Of a DNA stretch of 64,000 nt, positions 19,036 to 29,334 are shown piece by piece. A model generated the notes under the pieces. That model saw only the letters and a list, made by a program, of their open reading frames with translations, ran no database searches and was not told the origin of the DNA. Positions within the stretch are counted from its first letter, which is position 1; every line of letters begins with the position of its first letter. The translations under genes were made by a program, and so were the position numbers. This DNA is from Minisyncoccota bacterium (GTDB taxonomy: Bacteria > Patescibacteriota > Minisyncoccia > Phycocordibacterales > CAJQIN01): positions 88,312 to 152,311 of the forward strand of contig CAJQIN010000002.1 in assembly GCA_905478465.1 (NCBI GenBank), in the 5' to 3' direction.

Positions 19036-19374
19036 AGAAAAAGTAACCCTTGAAGAAAGGTTATGGGTAAAGAGATGAGATGTAACCTGAGATGGTTCTA
19101 ATTTCTTAGAACTCGGTTCAGGGTCCTGTGAATGAGATAAAATAAGCTAAATTTGATAGCAACCGTTTCAGTAATTCTGTAAAATGGCTTGTTAGAGCCC
19201 TTTTACATATCTGTCATATCAACCACTATATGCATTATACGGCCCAATAGCTCCTGGTCAATAGGGGGTGGGGATAGCAAAAAAGGTCCGAAAAAGCTTA
19301 AATTGCAAAATAAAAAAGCGCCGTTTCTACCAAATAGTAGACGTGCGCTTTATGTAAAAAATGATTATTTCTAA

Positions 19375-20472
19375 TCAACGAACTGCCAGGGTGCTACCCG
19401 CATATTCTAAACCAACAGGTTCGATGACCACTTTTTTTTCACCGGTTTTGATATACCCAGCATTGAATGCCTTGAAACCAAGTCCTTGAGCAGTTTTAAT
19501 AACTTTTTCAACATCATTCCGAGGAACATACAGAGCAAAGCCTGCGCCCATGTTTAGATTTCCATAAGCTTCTTCATTACTCACGGGCCCGTATTCACGA
19601 ATAAAATCAAAGATAGGTAATTGCGTCGGCAGCCTCTCAATTACGTAAGTAAGTGGACGATTCGAACGCATAAATTTGCGCCAGCCGTGTCCTGTGATAT
19701 TAACTGCATAGTGAATATCAATACCAACATCGAGACAATCTTCAATTAAACCAACATAAATATGTGTTGGATCAAGAAGTGCTTCACCATACATACGACC
19801 ATCACTGAGTTCAGTTTCATATCCTTCTGGCATTTTGTCAGCAATTTTTCGTGCCATCGTAAGACCATTTGCATGAATACCTGAAGATTCGATAATAACA
19901 ATATTGTCACCATGTTGAATATTATCTGTAATGAGACGACTTTTTGGACTAACAATACCCGTTGCTGAACCCGACAAAACAACTGTCCCTGGTAAAATTA
20001 TGTCTTTAAGGGTAGGGGTTTCACCACCACCCCAAACACATCGAGCAAGATCACAAGCGTTTTTCCATCCAGTAACAAGACCACTTGTACGCAACTCATC
20101 ATTGAACCAATCTGATGTACCAACTGCAAGATGCATGGCCACTGAAACAGGAAGTGCCCCCAGAGTAACAAGATCATTCACAATCATTGCAACCGTACAT
20201 TGAGCAATATGATCGTAGAACGTCTTTCCTGTTAATGCATACATAGCATCCGCCACCAAATTCTTGGTACCGAGACCTTCCTCAACATGTGCGAGAAATG
20301 AATCAGGTGTTTCGATAAGGTAAGCGCTCTCACCCCGACTTGGTTCAAATTCTGTAAGCCCAAGACGTTTGATATTTCCCGATGTTTGATTGCCGGCACG
20401 CTGTGCCAACCGTTTAAAAGGGTCCATGCTGTCATAATCAACTCCACTGCCTGCATAAGTCATTTTTGCCAT
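19375..20472 (-). CDS. purM: Phosphoribosylformylglycinamidine cyclo-ligase (AIR synthetase)
   Basis: TYAGSGVD, EGLGTK, GGETP, SSGIHANG, NITGHG, NMGAGF. Confidence 0.9.
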   Translation of the reverse strand: MAKMTYAGSGVDYDSMDPFKRLAQRAGNQTSGNIKRLGLTEFEPSRGESAYLIETPDSFLAHVEEGLGTKNLVADAMYALTGKTFYDHIAQCTVAMIVNDLVTLGALPVSVAMHLAVGTSDWFNDELRTSGLVTGWKNACDLARCVWGGGETPTLKDIILPGTVVLSGSATGIVSPKSRLITDNIQHGDNIVIIESSGIHANGLTMARKIADKMPEGYETELSDGRMYGEALLDPTHIYVGLIEDCLDVGIDIHYAVNITGHGWRKFMRSNRPLTYVIERLPTQLPIFDFIREYGPVSNEEAYGNLNMGAGFALYVPRNDVEKVIKTAQGLGFKAFNAGYIKTGEKKVVIEPVGLEYAGSTLAVR

Positions 20473-20658
20473 CTGTTTTATTCCTTGTGTTAGAGATGTG
20501 CAAGATCATTTTCTAAAACGCATATTACGTAAAACATCACAAAAAGCAACCATCTGCAAGGTTTTTTTATTTTTGAATACTCTAAACAATACAGATAAAT
20601 TATATTAATTTTTGCACAAAACAGCGGCAAAAATAAAAACCATGTTATCATTTCATAA

Positions 20659-23600
20659 ATGCAACACCTCGAAGGACTCAATCCAGCACAGAAAGAAGCC
20701 GTTACCACCACAGAAGGTCCGGTACTAATTGTAGCAGGAGCTGGATCAGGGAAAACTCGAGTTATCACTCACCGTATCGCACACATTGTTTCTCAAGGAA
20801 TCGAACCTGCCAATATTTTAGCGGTAACTTTCACAAATAAAGCGGCTAAAGAGATGCGTGAACGAGCAATGAAACTCCTTAGCAATGACTTCGCAACAGG
20901 ATCCACACCTTTCATTAGCACTTTCCATGCGCTCGGTGTCTTTCTTCTTCGTTCTCATTACAAAGAACTAGATATTCCAAAACATTTCACTATTTTTGAC
21001 CGAGATGATTCAAAAAAAGCTGTCAAACAAGCACTAAAGAAAAAAGGACTAGACCCAAAAGAATATGACCCTGGGAAAATTCTTAACTCCATCTCAAAAC
21101 AAAAAGGGGACTCTATTACCGTAGAAGAATTCACCGCCAATGCCTCAAGTTACTATGAGGAACTGATAGCAGACATTTGGAATGAGTACGAACGTATTCT
21201 ACAAAAAAATAGAACTTTTGATTTTGATGATCTTCTTCTAAAATCTGTATCATTTCTACGAAAACATAAAGATATCAGAGAAAAATATCACGGTATTTGG
21301 AAATACGTACATGTTGATGAGTACCAAGATACCAACCAAGTACAATATGATTTAATAAAACTACTAACAAATACTGATAACAATATATGTGTTGTGGGAG
21401 ATGGTGACCAATGCCTAATTAAAGGAACAAAAGTTACCTTAGCAGAAGGAAAAACTATAAATATTGAAAAAATAAAAAAAGATGATCTTGTTATGTCTAA
21501 CTACGGAAGTGGTGATTTCAGACCCGCAAGAGTGACTTCAGTACTCAAGAAAAAAACAAATAGTACTCTAGTACGAATACACACATCAAAAGGGAGAACA
21601 ATTGAAAGTACTCCCGAGCACATACATTTTGCAGGATATCGTCTAGGTGATACCCCGCAAAGCTATGTAACATATCTCATGTACAAAAAAAGTATTGGTT
21701 GGAGACTTGGTGTATCACAGATATATACAAATGGTGGCAAAAATACCATCGCTGGTTTTGCACAACGATCAAATCAAGAACACGCCGATGCTCTATGGAT
21801 AGTAGGGACATATACAACACCAAATGAAGCTCGTGTACACGAATACACACTGTCACTTCAATACAAAATTCCAACACTACCTTTTGTGGCGAGAAAAGGC
21901 GGAAGCACGAATGGATATGTACATGACCAAAAAATCATCAATAAAATCTTCTCATCATTTAATACAGATCAAGGTGCAAAAAAATTATTAAAAAGTCTTG
22001 GTTTATTAGAAAAATATCCTCATCACCGTCCTCAGTCACACAATAGCAATAGAAGAAATATCATCATCACACTTTGTGGAGATAGAAGAGGATCTACGCC
22101 TATGCACAGGATGAGTATGGTAGGGAATGATGTTTTAGGAAAAAAAATACTTACATCTATAGGTCTCTCTGTACGACCAGCTAAAAAAGGATCTAAAAGC
22201 TGGAGAGTCGAATCCTCATACGGCAACTACGAAGATGTTTTAGGTATCGCCGAACGTATAAACAAAGCTTTTCCCGAAGCTTCTATTATTCAAAATGCTC
22301 GCTTAGAAAAAAATAAAAAAGATGCCCGTAACAAAAACTCTTTATCCTTTATGCCAGCAGGATCTATTGTTCCCGGCATGGTGTTATTCAATGATAAAGG
22401 TGGGTACGACATTGTAAAAAAGGTAGAAGTAACAAAAAAAAGTCCTCAAACCGTATACGATCTAAATATAGAAAAAACCCACAACTACATAGCTAATGGT
22501 ATTGTTACTCATAACTGTATTTATAGCTGGAGAGGAGCGAGTATTCGCAACATCCTCACCTTCGGAGAAGATTTCTCAGACACCAAAACAATTCTTCTTG
22601 AAGAAAACTACCGTTCAACAAAAAACATTCTTGGAGCAGCTAATGAGATTATCAAAAAAAATAATAACCGTGTAGACAAAAAACTTTTTACCCAAAATGA
22701 TGTTGGTGAAAAAATAGAATGTATTGAAGGATGGTCAGAAGGGAATGAGGCAGAAAAGGTTGCTCAAAAAATAAAAGAATTGCTAGCAAACGGAACAAAT
22801 CCTAACGAGATTGTTATGTTGTATCGTGCCAATTTCCAATCCCGAGTTCTTGAAGAATCATTACTTCGTGCAGGAATTTCATATCAACTACTTGGAACAA
22901 AGTTCTTTGACCGAAAAGAAGTAAAAGATACTTTGTCTTTCATCCGAGCCGCACTCAACCCAGATAACTTGGTAGATATTGCCCGCATAATAAACACACC
23001 AGTACGTGGAATAGGAAAGGTAACTATTGCAAAAGTAATTAATGGCGAAGAAGAGACTCTAACAGGAAGAGCTCGAGAGAGTGTCCAAAAATTTAGAACT
23101 ATCCTCCAAAAAATACACAGCGAGAGCACTAACATGCTACCAAGTGAGCTTGTTCGTTTTACCTTCAAGGTAAGTGGGCTCGAAGAGTCATTCAAGTCTC
23201 AAGGAGAAGATGGGATTGAACGCTTTGAAAACGTACAAGAACTTGTGAGTCTGGCAACACGATACGACACCTACCCCGAAGAAGATCGAATTGGAGAATT
23301 TCTCTCAGATGTAGCCCTTGCCTCAGACCAAGATGAACTCATGAAAGATGGCGGGGAAGCGGTAAAGATGATGACAGTCCACGCATCAAAAGGACTCGAA
23401 TTCGATACTGTATTTATTACAGGCCTTGAAGAAGGATTATTCCCACACGAAGGAATGGGTGATGCAAAAACTGATGACGAAGAAGAACGAAGGCTTTTTT
23501 ATGTAGCAGTTACTCGAGCTAGAAAGAAAATTTTCCTTTCTTATGCAAACTCACGAACTATCTACGGAACAACAACACTAAGAGCACCTTCCCAGTTTAT

Positions 23601-23709
23601 TGCTGATATAGGAAATGAATTCTTGGAAGCAACTGCACCCGTGGAACTGGCTGACATTGATACCCAAAGAAAAAAAGGTATTAGTAGTATTTTTGATATT
23701 GATTTTTAA
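20659..23709 (+). CDS. pcrA: ATP-dependent DNA helicase PcrA/UvrD containing an intein
   Basis: AGAGSGKT, TFTNKAA, VDEYQDTN, VGDGDQ-[intein]-CIYSWRGA, HASKGLEF, EERRLFYVA. Confidence 0.96.
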   Translation: MQHLEGLNPAQKEAVTTTEGPVLIVAGAGSGKTRVITHRIAHIVSQGIEPANILAVTFTNKAAKEMRERAMKLLSNDFATGSTPFISTFHALGVFLLRSHYKELDIPKHFTIFDRDDSKKAVKQALKKKGLDPKEYDPGKILNSISKQKGDSITVEEFTANASSYYEELIADIWNEYERILQKNRTFDFDDLLLKSVSFLRKHKDIREKYHGIWKYVHVDEYQDTNQVQYDLIKLLTNTDNNICVVGDGDQCLIKGTKVTLAEGKTINIEKIKKDDLVMSNYGSGDFRPARVTSVLKKKTNSTLVRIHTSKGRTIESTPEHIHFAGYRLGDTPQSYVTYLMYKKSIGWRLGVSQIYTNGGKNTIAGFAQRSNQEHADALWIVGTYTTPNEARVHEYTLSLQYKIPTLPFVARKGGSTNGYVHDQKIINKIFSSFNTDQGAKKLLKSLGLLEKYPHHRPQSHNSNRRNIIITLCGDRRGSTPMHRMSMVGNDVLGKKILTSIGLSVRPAKKGSKSWRVESSYGNYEDVLGIAERINKAFPEASIIQNARLEKNKKDARNKNSLSFMPAGSIVPGMVLFNDKGGYDIVKKVEVTKKSPQTVYDLNIEKTHNYIANGIVTHNCIYSWRGASIRNILTFGEDFSDTKTILLEENYRSTKNILGAANEIIKKNNNRVDKKLFTQNDVGEKIECIEGWSEGNEAEKVAQKIKELLANGTNPNEIVMLYRANFQSRVLEESLLRAGISYQLLGTKFFDRKEVKDTLSFIRAALNPDNLVDIARIINTPVRGIGKVTIAKVINGEEETLTGRARESVQKFRTILQKIHSESTNMLPSELVRFTFKVSGLEESFKSQGEDGIERFENVQELVSLATRYDTYPEEDRIGEFLSDVALASDQDELMKDGGEAVKMMTVHASKGLEFDTVFITGLEEGLFPHEGMGDAKTDDEEERRLFYVAVTRARKKIFLSYANSRTIYGTTTLRAPSQFIADIGNEFLEATAPVELADIDTQRKKGISSIFDIDF
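21412..22515 (+). mobile_element. Intein (368 aa) inserted in helicase motif III of PcrA
   Basis: Block A CLIKGTKV, block B STPEH, block F VYDLNIEKTHNYIANG, block G IVTHN|C; removing it restores GDGDQ-CIYSWRG. Confidence 0.95.
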
Positions 23710-23758
23710 TTGTTTATACAAAATAGGCTATTTTTTACCACTTTGCTATCATAACCCC

Positions 23759-24514
23759 ATGAACATGTTTGCCAAAAAGTCTCTAGGACAAAACTTCCTC
23801 ATCCAACCACAAATTAGTATCGACATGGTAACTTCTGCACAAATATCCAAAGAGGACACTGTGGTAGAAATTGGACCTGGTACCGGAGTACTAACAAAAG
23901 AACTCCTCCGTACAGCCAAAAAAGTCTATGCCATAGAAAAAGATGACAGACTTATCGACCCTCTCAAAGAAACATTTAAAGAAGAGATATCTTCTGGACT
24001 ACTGGAAATTATTCACGACGATGTACTCAAAACCAAACCACCAACTGAACCTTACAAAATAGTGGCAAACATCCCTTACTATATTACTGGTAAGATTATT
24101 CGACATTTTTTTGACCAAACACATCAACCTAAATCAATGACTCTGCTTGTTCAAAAAGAGGTAGCTGAGCGAGTTATAGCCAGAGAGGGGAAGGAGAGCA
24201 TCCTTTCCATGAGTATAAAAATATACGGAACACCTCACTATATGAAAACAGTAAAAGCGGGGAATTTTAACCCTGTGCCAAAAGTTGATTCTGCGATTCT
24301 ACACATCTCTGACATATCACGTCAGAACTTCGAAAATATTTCTGAGGAACATTTTTTCACCCTACTTCACACAGGATTTCAGAGTAAACGAAAAAAACTT
24401 TCTAAAAATATAAAAGAATTAGTATCTCCAGACACATTTGAAACTTGTAAGATACCACTTGATGCTAGAGCAGAAGACATCTCTCTTGAAAACTGGGTGT
24501 GTTTGTCTAAATAA
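23759..24514 (+). CDS. rsmA: 16S rRNA dimethyladenosine transferase
   Basis: KKSLGQNFL, EIGPGTG, VANIPYYIT, PKVDSA. Confidence 0.96.
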   Translation: MNMFAKKSLGQNFLIQPQISIDMVTSAQISKEDTVVEIGPGTGVLTKELLRTAKKVYAIEKDDRLIDPLKETFKEEISSGLLEIIHDDVLKTKPPTEPYKIVANIPYYITGKIIRHFFDQTHQPKSMTLLVQKEVAERVIAREGKESILSMSIKIYGTPHYMKTVKAGNFNPVPKVDSAILHISDISRQNFENISEEHFFTLLHTGFQSKRKKLSKNIKELVSPDTFETCKIPLDARAEDISLENWVCLSK

Positions 24515-24523
24515 AACACAAAT

Positions 24524-24874
24524 CTACAAAGATGTTCCAACAGTAGGACCTATAGTACCTTTTGGATTACCAAAAGGTGAACATCCTTTTCCTGAAGTCA
24601 TTAAACATTGTCCACCAGCATCATATAGACCAAGTGCCCACACACCTGAACGAGGGAGGCTCTGATGATCGTATTGTGGTGTTCCTGGATACCACACCCA
24701 CTGCCCATCAATAGGACCTGAAAAAGTAAGCAAAAAATTATTACTACATGTACAGTACACCGAGTTTGTAATATATCCACCAAAAACTGATGAAGTTTGT
24801 GCGTGAGTAACATACCAAACTCCTATCAAAATTAAAATACTGATTATTGCTATTGTTAGTTTTTTTCGAGACAT
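24524..24874 (-). CDS. Small secreted Cys-containing protein
   Basis: N-terminal signal/TM segment; CTCS and C..C pairs. Confidence 0.7.
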   Translation of the reverse strand: MSRKKLTIAIISILILIGVWYVTHAQTSSVFGGYITNSVYCTCSNNFLLTFSGPIDGQWVWYPGTPQYDHQSLPRSGVWALGLYDAGGQCLMTSGKGCSPFGNPKGTIGPTVGTSL

Positions 24875-24882
24875 AAATTTTA

Positions 24883-25860
24883 TTAGTATGTTAATACTAC
24901 AGTTTCTGTATTAGAAACACCATTATCATTAATAACACGAATAGTTATTGGCCATGTTACATTTTGACCCATATCAACACCATCTTCTATTCCTGGGGTA
25001 TCTGGGAAAGGACGAACCTCGAATACTAGTGTTTTTTCGTCACGAGAAGCCACACCTTCTATTACCCCATAACTAGTACGTATTTCATTATTTTTTAAAG
25101 TAAAACCTGAACCAGTCAAAGTTACTTTTTGTCCATACAAAATTTCTGACGGACTCACACTCTCAACAACAGGAGATATGATAGATGCATCTTTGATAAC
25201 AAAAAAAGTATCTGTATCTGTTTTACCCTTACTATTTTTAACCTCTAGAGCATATTTTCCATAAGAAATATCCGGCACTAAAAAACTCATAGTTTCTCCA
25301 TCAATTGATTCTACATTTTCAATTTTTGTTTCACCAAAATAAACTGTATTTATTGATTCAAAACCTAATCCATGTAATGTAATCTTTGTACCAACAGTTC
25401 CTGTGTATAGAGAAGGGTTAGCGAGAATAAGATCTTTGTATTCATGTAATACATGGGGGACAACAATTTCATCCAAAATATCTGATGACGATTCTATAGA
25501 ATTTTTTCTTGTTGACTGAGAAAATGTATTTAATTTTGCACGAGTTGATGCACCTACATATCCTGTTCCATATTCCAAACCAACAGGTTCTAGAATTTCT
25601 TTTTTATACATATTTTGAAATCGTATCACAGCATTTTTGGTAAGATTTCCAAAATAATATGTTTCATTTCCAGCAGAACCTGTGCCGCTCTGAGTAATTT
25701 GTGTTTGTATATTTGTATTCAAAAATTTCTGTAATTCATAAACATCAAAACTACTATCTCCGATCGACAAATTTTCTTCAAAGACAAATTCTGCGCTGAC
25801 AGTATGTACCATACCTAATATCACACACACTACTAATAAAGAAAGTAAGAAATGTTTCAT
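24883..25860 (-). CDS. Secreted peptidoglycan-binding plus IPT/TIG-domain protein
   Basis: Signal peptide; DVYELQKFLN..ETYYFGNLTKNAVIRFQ..G.VGASTRAKLN; two Ig-like repeats (GTKITLHGLGF, GQKVTLTGSGF). Confidence 0.8.
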   Translation of the reverse strand: MKHFLLSLLVVCVILGMVHTVSAEFVFEENLSIGDSSFDVYELQKFLNTNIQTQITQSGTGSAGNETYYFGNLTKNAVIRFQNMYKKEILEPVGLEYGTGYVGASTRAKLNTFSQSTRKNSIESSSDILDEIVVPHVLHEYKDLILANPSLYTGTVGTKITLHGLGFESINTVYFGETKIENVESIDGETMSFLVPDISYGKYALEVKNSKGKTDTDTFFVIKDASIISPVVESVSPSEILYGQKVTLTGSGFTLKNNEIRTSYGVIEGVASRDEKTLVFEVRPFPDTPGIEDGVDMGQNVTWPITIRVINDNGVSNTETVVLTY

Positions 25861-25890
25861 CTATATATAATACACGATACACTTATATTC

Positions 25891-27261
25891 ATGAAGAAAT
25901 ACATACTACCCATATTAAGTATTTTATTACTTCTCGGGACTCTTCCTTTTTGTGATCTGGGATTTATAGCATGGTTTGCTCTCGTACCACTACTTCTTTT
26001 TTTATACAACAAGAGCACAAAAAACTTCGAAGCAGCTCTCGTTTCGGGAATGGTCTTTTTTTTATATATTCTTGGTGTTCTATGGCCTCTCACAACAGTA
26101 AATGTTTGGTGGTGGTCAAATCCATCCCTATATACACACCGATATTTTTTTATTATCCTAATTGTTCTGATTACCTCTATCTATAGTGGGGGAGTATTCG
26201 GAGCTTTTTTCGGTTGGTGGGGTAAGAAAAACAACAACCCTTTTCTTCTTGGAATTATCTGGTCGATACTTGAACTTATCCGACTTCCTTTTGTTTCGCA
26301 ATTTGAATGGGGAATACTAGGATACACACAACATTCATATCCACAAATAATCTCCATAGTACACCTTATTGGACCCATAGGTCTTAGTGGATTAATAGTA
26401 CTAACCAACGGTTGTCTCGCACTCTTTCTTCTTAAAAAAGACAAAAAATACTTTTTTATCACTGGTGCTATCTTTATAACACTCTTCACTTATGGATATT
26501 TTCAAGAAAACGACCTGCCAAACAACTCTCGCACCATTCTCGTTTCAAGTCTTCATGTAGAAAAAGAGATAAAAGATTTTTATTCAGAAGATGTTGTTAC
26601 AGACACCATCAATCTTATCAAACAAGAACTGCATAAAAAACCAGATATCATTGTGCTCCCTGAAAATATTTTCCCTTTTCTAATTTTTGGAGATAATTCT
26701 TTTCCGATCTCGTACACAACTTCACCTCTTGTATCTCGAACATTCGACACCTTAATAGATATATCTATTCAATACCCAGATACAACAATCTTATTCGGTG
26801 CTCATCACCAAAGAAAAGGGAACTTATTTAACACAATACAACAGCTTTCCGGTGGGGTATTGGTGGATACCTACCAAAAGAATAGACTAATGCCTTTTGG
26901 AGAGAAAAATTTTCTTTTCCTACAAAATCAAACAGGTAAAATGACAAACGGGAAAGATCACGTACTTACCATTCATGATATACACATTAAACCCTTAGTT
27001 TGTTCTGAAATTATTCAACCTTTTAATACACATAATTCTTCCATTATTATCCAAGTAGGCAACGAAGAAATTTTTGACTCACCGTTAGTTGCTAAAGAAA
27101 ATATGATTATTTCTAAAGTAAAAGCTATTCAGCACAAAATATTTATTATTCGATCAACAAAAGGCGGAGGAACAAGTATTATTTCTTCTTCAGGTAAAAT
27201 TCTTACAAAAGAAACAATCTCTACTGAATTTATTTCACACAACATATCCATACCTCAATAG
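25891..27261 (+). CDS. lnt: Apolipoprotein N-acyltransferase-like protein
   Basis: Multi-TM N-half (W..LGYTQ) and nitrilase E-K-C triad (LPEN, YQKNRLMPFGE, LVCSE). Confidence 0.8.
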   Translation: MKKYILPILSILLLLGTLPFCDLGFIAWFALVPLLLFLYNKSTKNFEAALVSGMVFFLYILGVLWPLTTVNVWWWSNPSLYTHRYFFIILIVLITSIYSGGVFGAFFGWWGKKNNNPFLLGIIWSILELIRLPFVSQFEWGILGYTQHSYPQIISIVHLIGPIGLSGLIVLTNGCLALFLLKKDKKYFFITGAIFITLFTYGYFQENDLPNNSRTILVSSLHVEKEIKDFYSEDVVTDTINLIKQELHKKPDIIVLPENIFPFLIFGDNSFPISYTTSPLVSRTFDTLIDISIQYPDTTILFGAHHQRKGNLFNTIQQLSGGVLVDTYQKNRLMPFGEKNFLFLQNQTGKMTNGKDHVLTIHDIHIKPLVCSEIIQPFNTHNSSIIIQVGNEEIFDSPLVAKENMIISKVKAIQHKIFIIRSTKGGGTSIISSSGKILTKETISTEFISHNISIPQ

Positions 27262-27377
27262 AGAAAATACCTCACAAAAATCTACCAATCTAATACACAC
27301 TTAACATCTAAGTTATTTTTTAATAAACATGTGTACAAAAAATACTTTTATATTCTACTTTTGTTACAATATAGAAT

Positions 27378-28190
27378 ATGAAAATAAAACAAACTGTACT
27401 CATAGTAACCATTGTCATAATTTCTTTCGTGGGCATATTTTTATACATACGCTCTGTAGAATTTGGAGGAAAAACACAATATACACAAAAAGAAACCATT
27501 CATCAAACCAACTCTCAAACAGCACAAAGAGTTTCTTCAACTGAGGTTATAGACGCTTTTATTGAAACTAATGAGGACCTCAATGTTCTTGATGTTCTTC
27601 ATAGTATAAATAACTCTCTGACCGAAAGATTTCTCACTTATTATGATGAAAAAATCGGCCTTGAAACTCAAGGTGTCGACATACCTACCCGAGAAAAAGT
27701 TCTTCGTGATTTTCTAGTACAAGAAAATTTTGAAAACATACTCAAAAATTACCCCTTATACACAACAACAGACCTGAGAACTGTTGCCGCATCAGAAAAT
27801 ACATTCGCTCAATACAAAAAAGGTTTCGAAACAAGTGTTGCTTTGAATTTAAAAATATCTGAACTTGAAAATGAATTGTCTGTGTTTAGAAAAGCTCAAA
27901 CGATGACAAATAAACAACATAAGGAAATTGAAATACAAAAATTAACAGGCATTCAAAAAAATTATACTGCCCTTAGAGACTCTTTACTTCTTTTGTATGT
28001 CCCATCAGATGCTTTAATTATTCACCTTGATCTAGTTAATTCAATCAATTTTATTATAAATCGTATTGAAGGTATGCAAACATTAATCGCAGATCCTCTT
28101 CGTGCGCAAATATATGCCAGTTCATACGAAAAAGATGCTCACATTTTTATTGATTCTTATACAAAATTAACATCTTATTTATCTAAATAA
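27378..28190 (+). CDS. Membrane-anchored hypothetical protein of the T4SS-like cluster
   Basis: N-terminal TM, helical; VP....H..L.N and DPL motifs. Confidence 0.7.
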   Translation: MKIKQTVLIVTIVIISFVGIFLYIRSVEFGGKTQYTQKETIHQTNSQTAQRVSSTEVIDAFIETNEDLNVLDVLHSINNSLTERFLTYYDEKIGLETQGVDIPTREKVLRDFLVQENFENILKNYPLYTTTDLRTVAASENTFAQYKKGFETSVALNLKISELENELSVFRKAQTMTNKQHKEIEIQKLTGIQKNYTALRDSLLLLYVPSDALIIHLDLVNSINFIINRIEGMQTLIADPLRAQIYASSYEKDAHIFIDSYTKLTSYLSK

Positions 28191-28263
28191 TACACAACAT
28201 GTTAGTAGGGTATTTATTAAAAACAAGCTACAATAATATGTATAATCATATAATATTCAAACT

Positions 28264-29325
28264 ATGAAATATTCCTATACACAAAATATATCTACCTACT
28301 TTTGTTCCATACTTGTTATATCACTCTTCATAACCCCGTCTTTTTCTTTTGCCCAGCAAAAAGTTCCTGTTATTGATGAAAGTCACATAGAAGTAAGTCA
28401 GCAAATTTTGAATGTCCTCACAACTCTAATGGAAAAAGAGCTACAAAAAGATCCATTAGAAGAGGCTGCAGCAAAACAAGAGCTCGCAGATAGCACTCAA
28501 GAAGAGATTGAATATATCCAAGAAGGGTACAAAGGATATCTTCAAAACGCCTATCTTCCTGGAATAGGGGATATCGACACTTCTTTTTTTGAAACAGACC
28601 TAGAGGAATTCTATAACAGCGTTAGAGAAAGTGAATTTAATCGCTTCATGGAAGAAAACTTTGGGTATGATTTTAACTCTGATGAAACCACTTTTAACCC
28701 TGATCCAAATAATGAACATCCTGGACAAAATCTTAATGTCATAGGAACAGCTTTACGCGCAAAATACGACAACACTTCTGAAGGATACACACTTGATACT
28801 GTCACAGGAGGATCTGAAAATACCCAAGCTTTTCTAGAAGGAGACTTTAGCCAAGGAGGCTGGGATGCGTGGTACTCACTCTCTCAAAACCCTGAAAATA
28901 ATGCCTACGGACAATACTTCCAAGCATCAGAGTCTCTCGACAATCAAATATCAAAAAATATTGTTATTGAGGAGCAGAAACTAGAATGGGGGCAAGGATT
29001 TCATGCCTTAGAAAAAGCTGACGGAACCATTACAACTCCAAGTGTTTTAAACCTAAACCAACTCAACCAAGCAATTTCAACATGTAACAATTCCCTCGAA
29101 GCTATCGATGAATACACAGGTGAATTACTACCTGATAGTCTTGGTAATATGTGTGATGCCATTCGCGAGGGACTAAACAGTACCACAGGACTTCTCGAAA
29201 CAAATTTTGATTTTGCTGAACTGTTTGACTTAGATTTTAGTGGTCTTGTACAGGATTTATTACACGGAGTTGATATGGCAGGCAGTGTTCTTAACCATGT
29301 TGATTTAGGAGGTATCGGCCTTTAA
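28264..29325 (+). CDS. Secreted protein, possibly TrbJ/VirB5-like
   Basis: Signal peptide followed by VPVID; GDFSQGGWDAW, NNAYG, WGQGF, ITTP motifs; lies upstream of the VirB6-like gene. Confidence 0.55.
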   Translation: MKYSYTQNISTYFCSILVISLFITPSFSFAQQKVPVIDESHIEVSQQILNVLTTLMEKELQKDPLEEAAAKQELADSTQEEIEYIQEGYKGYLQNAYLPGIGDIDTSFFETDLEEFYNSVRESEFNRFMEENFGYDFNSDETTFNPDPNNEHPGQNLNVIGTALRAKYDNTSEGYTLDTVTGGSENTQAFLEGDFSQGGWDAWYSLSQNPENNAYGQYFQASESLDNQISKNIVIEEQKLEWGQGFHALEKADGTITTPSVLNLNQLNQAISTCNNSLEAIDEYTGELLPDSLGNMCDAIREGLNSTTGLLETNFDFAELFDLDFSGLVQDLLHGVDMAGSVLNHVDLGGIGL

Positions 29326-29334
29326 AAAAATATT

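Noticed and set aside
19036-19374. Frameshifted N-terminal signal segment for the LysM-M23 gene
   Set aside because: The frame stays open upstream without a start codon and another frame is hydrophobic, but I cannot distinguish a frameshift from a GTG start without homologue alignment.
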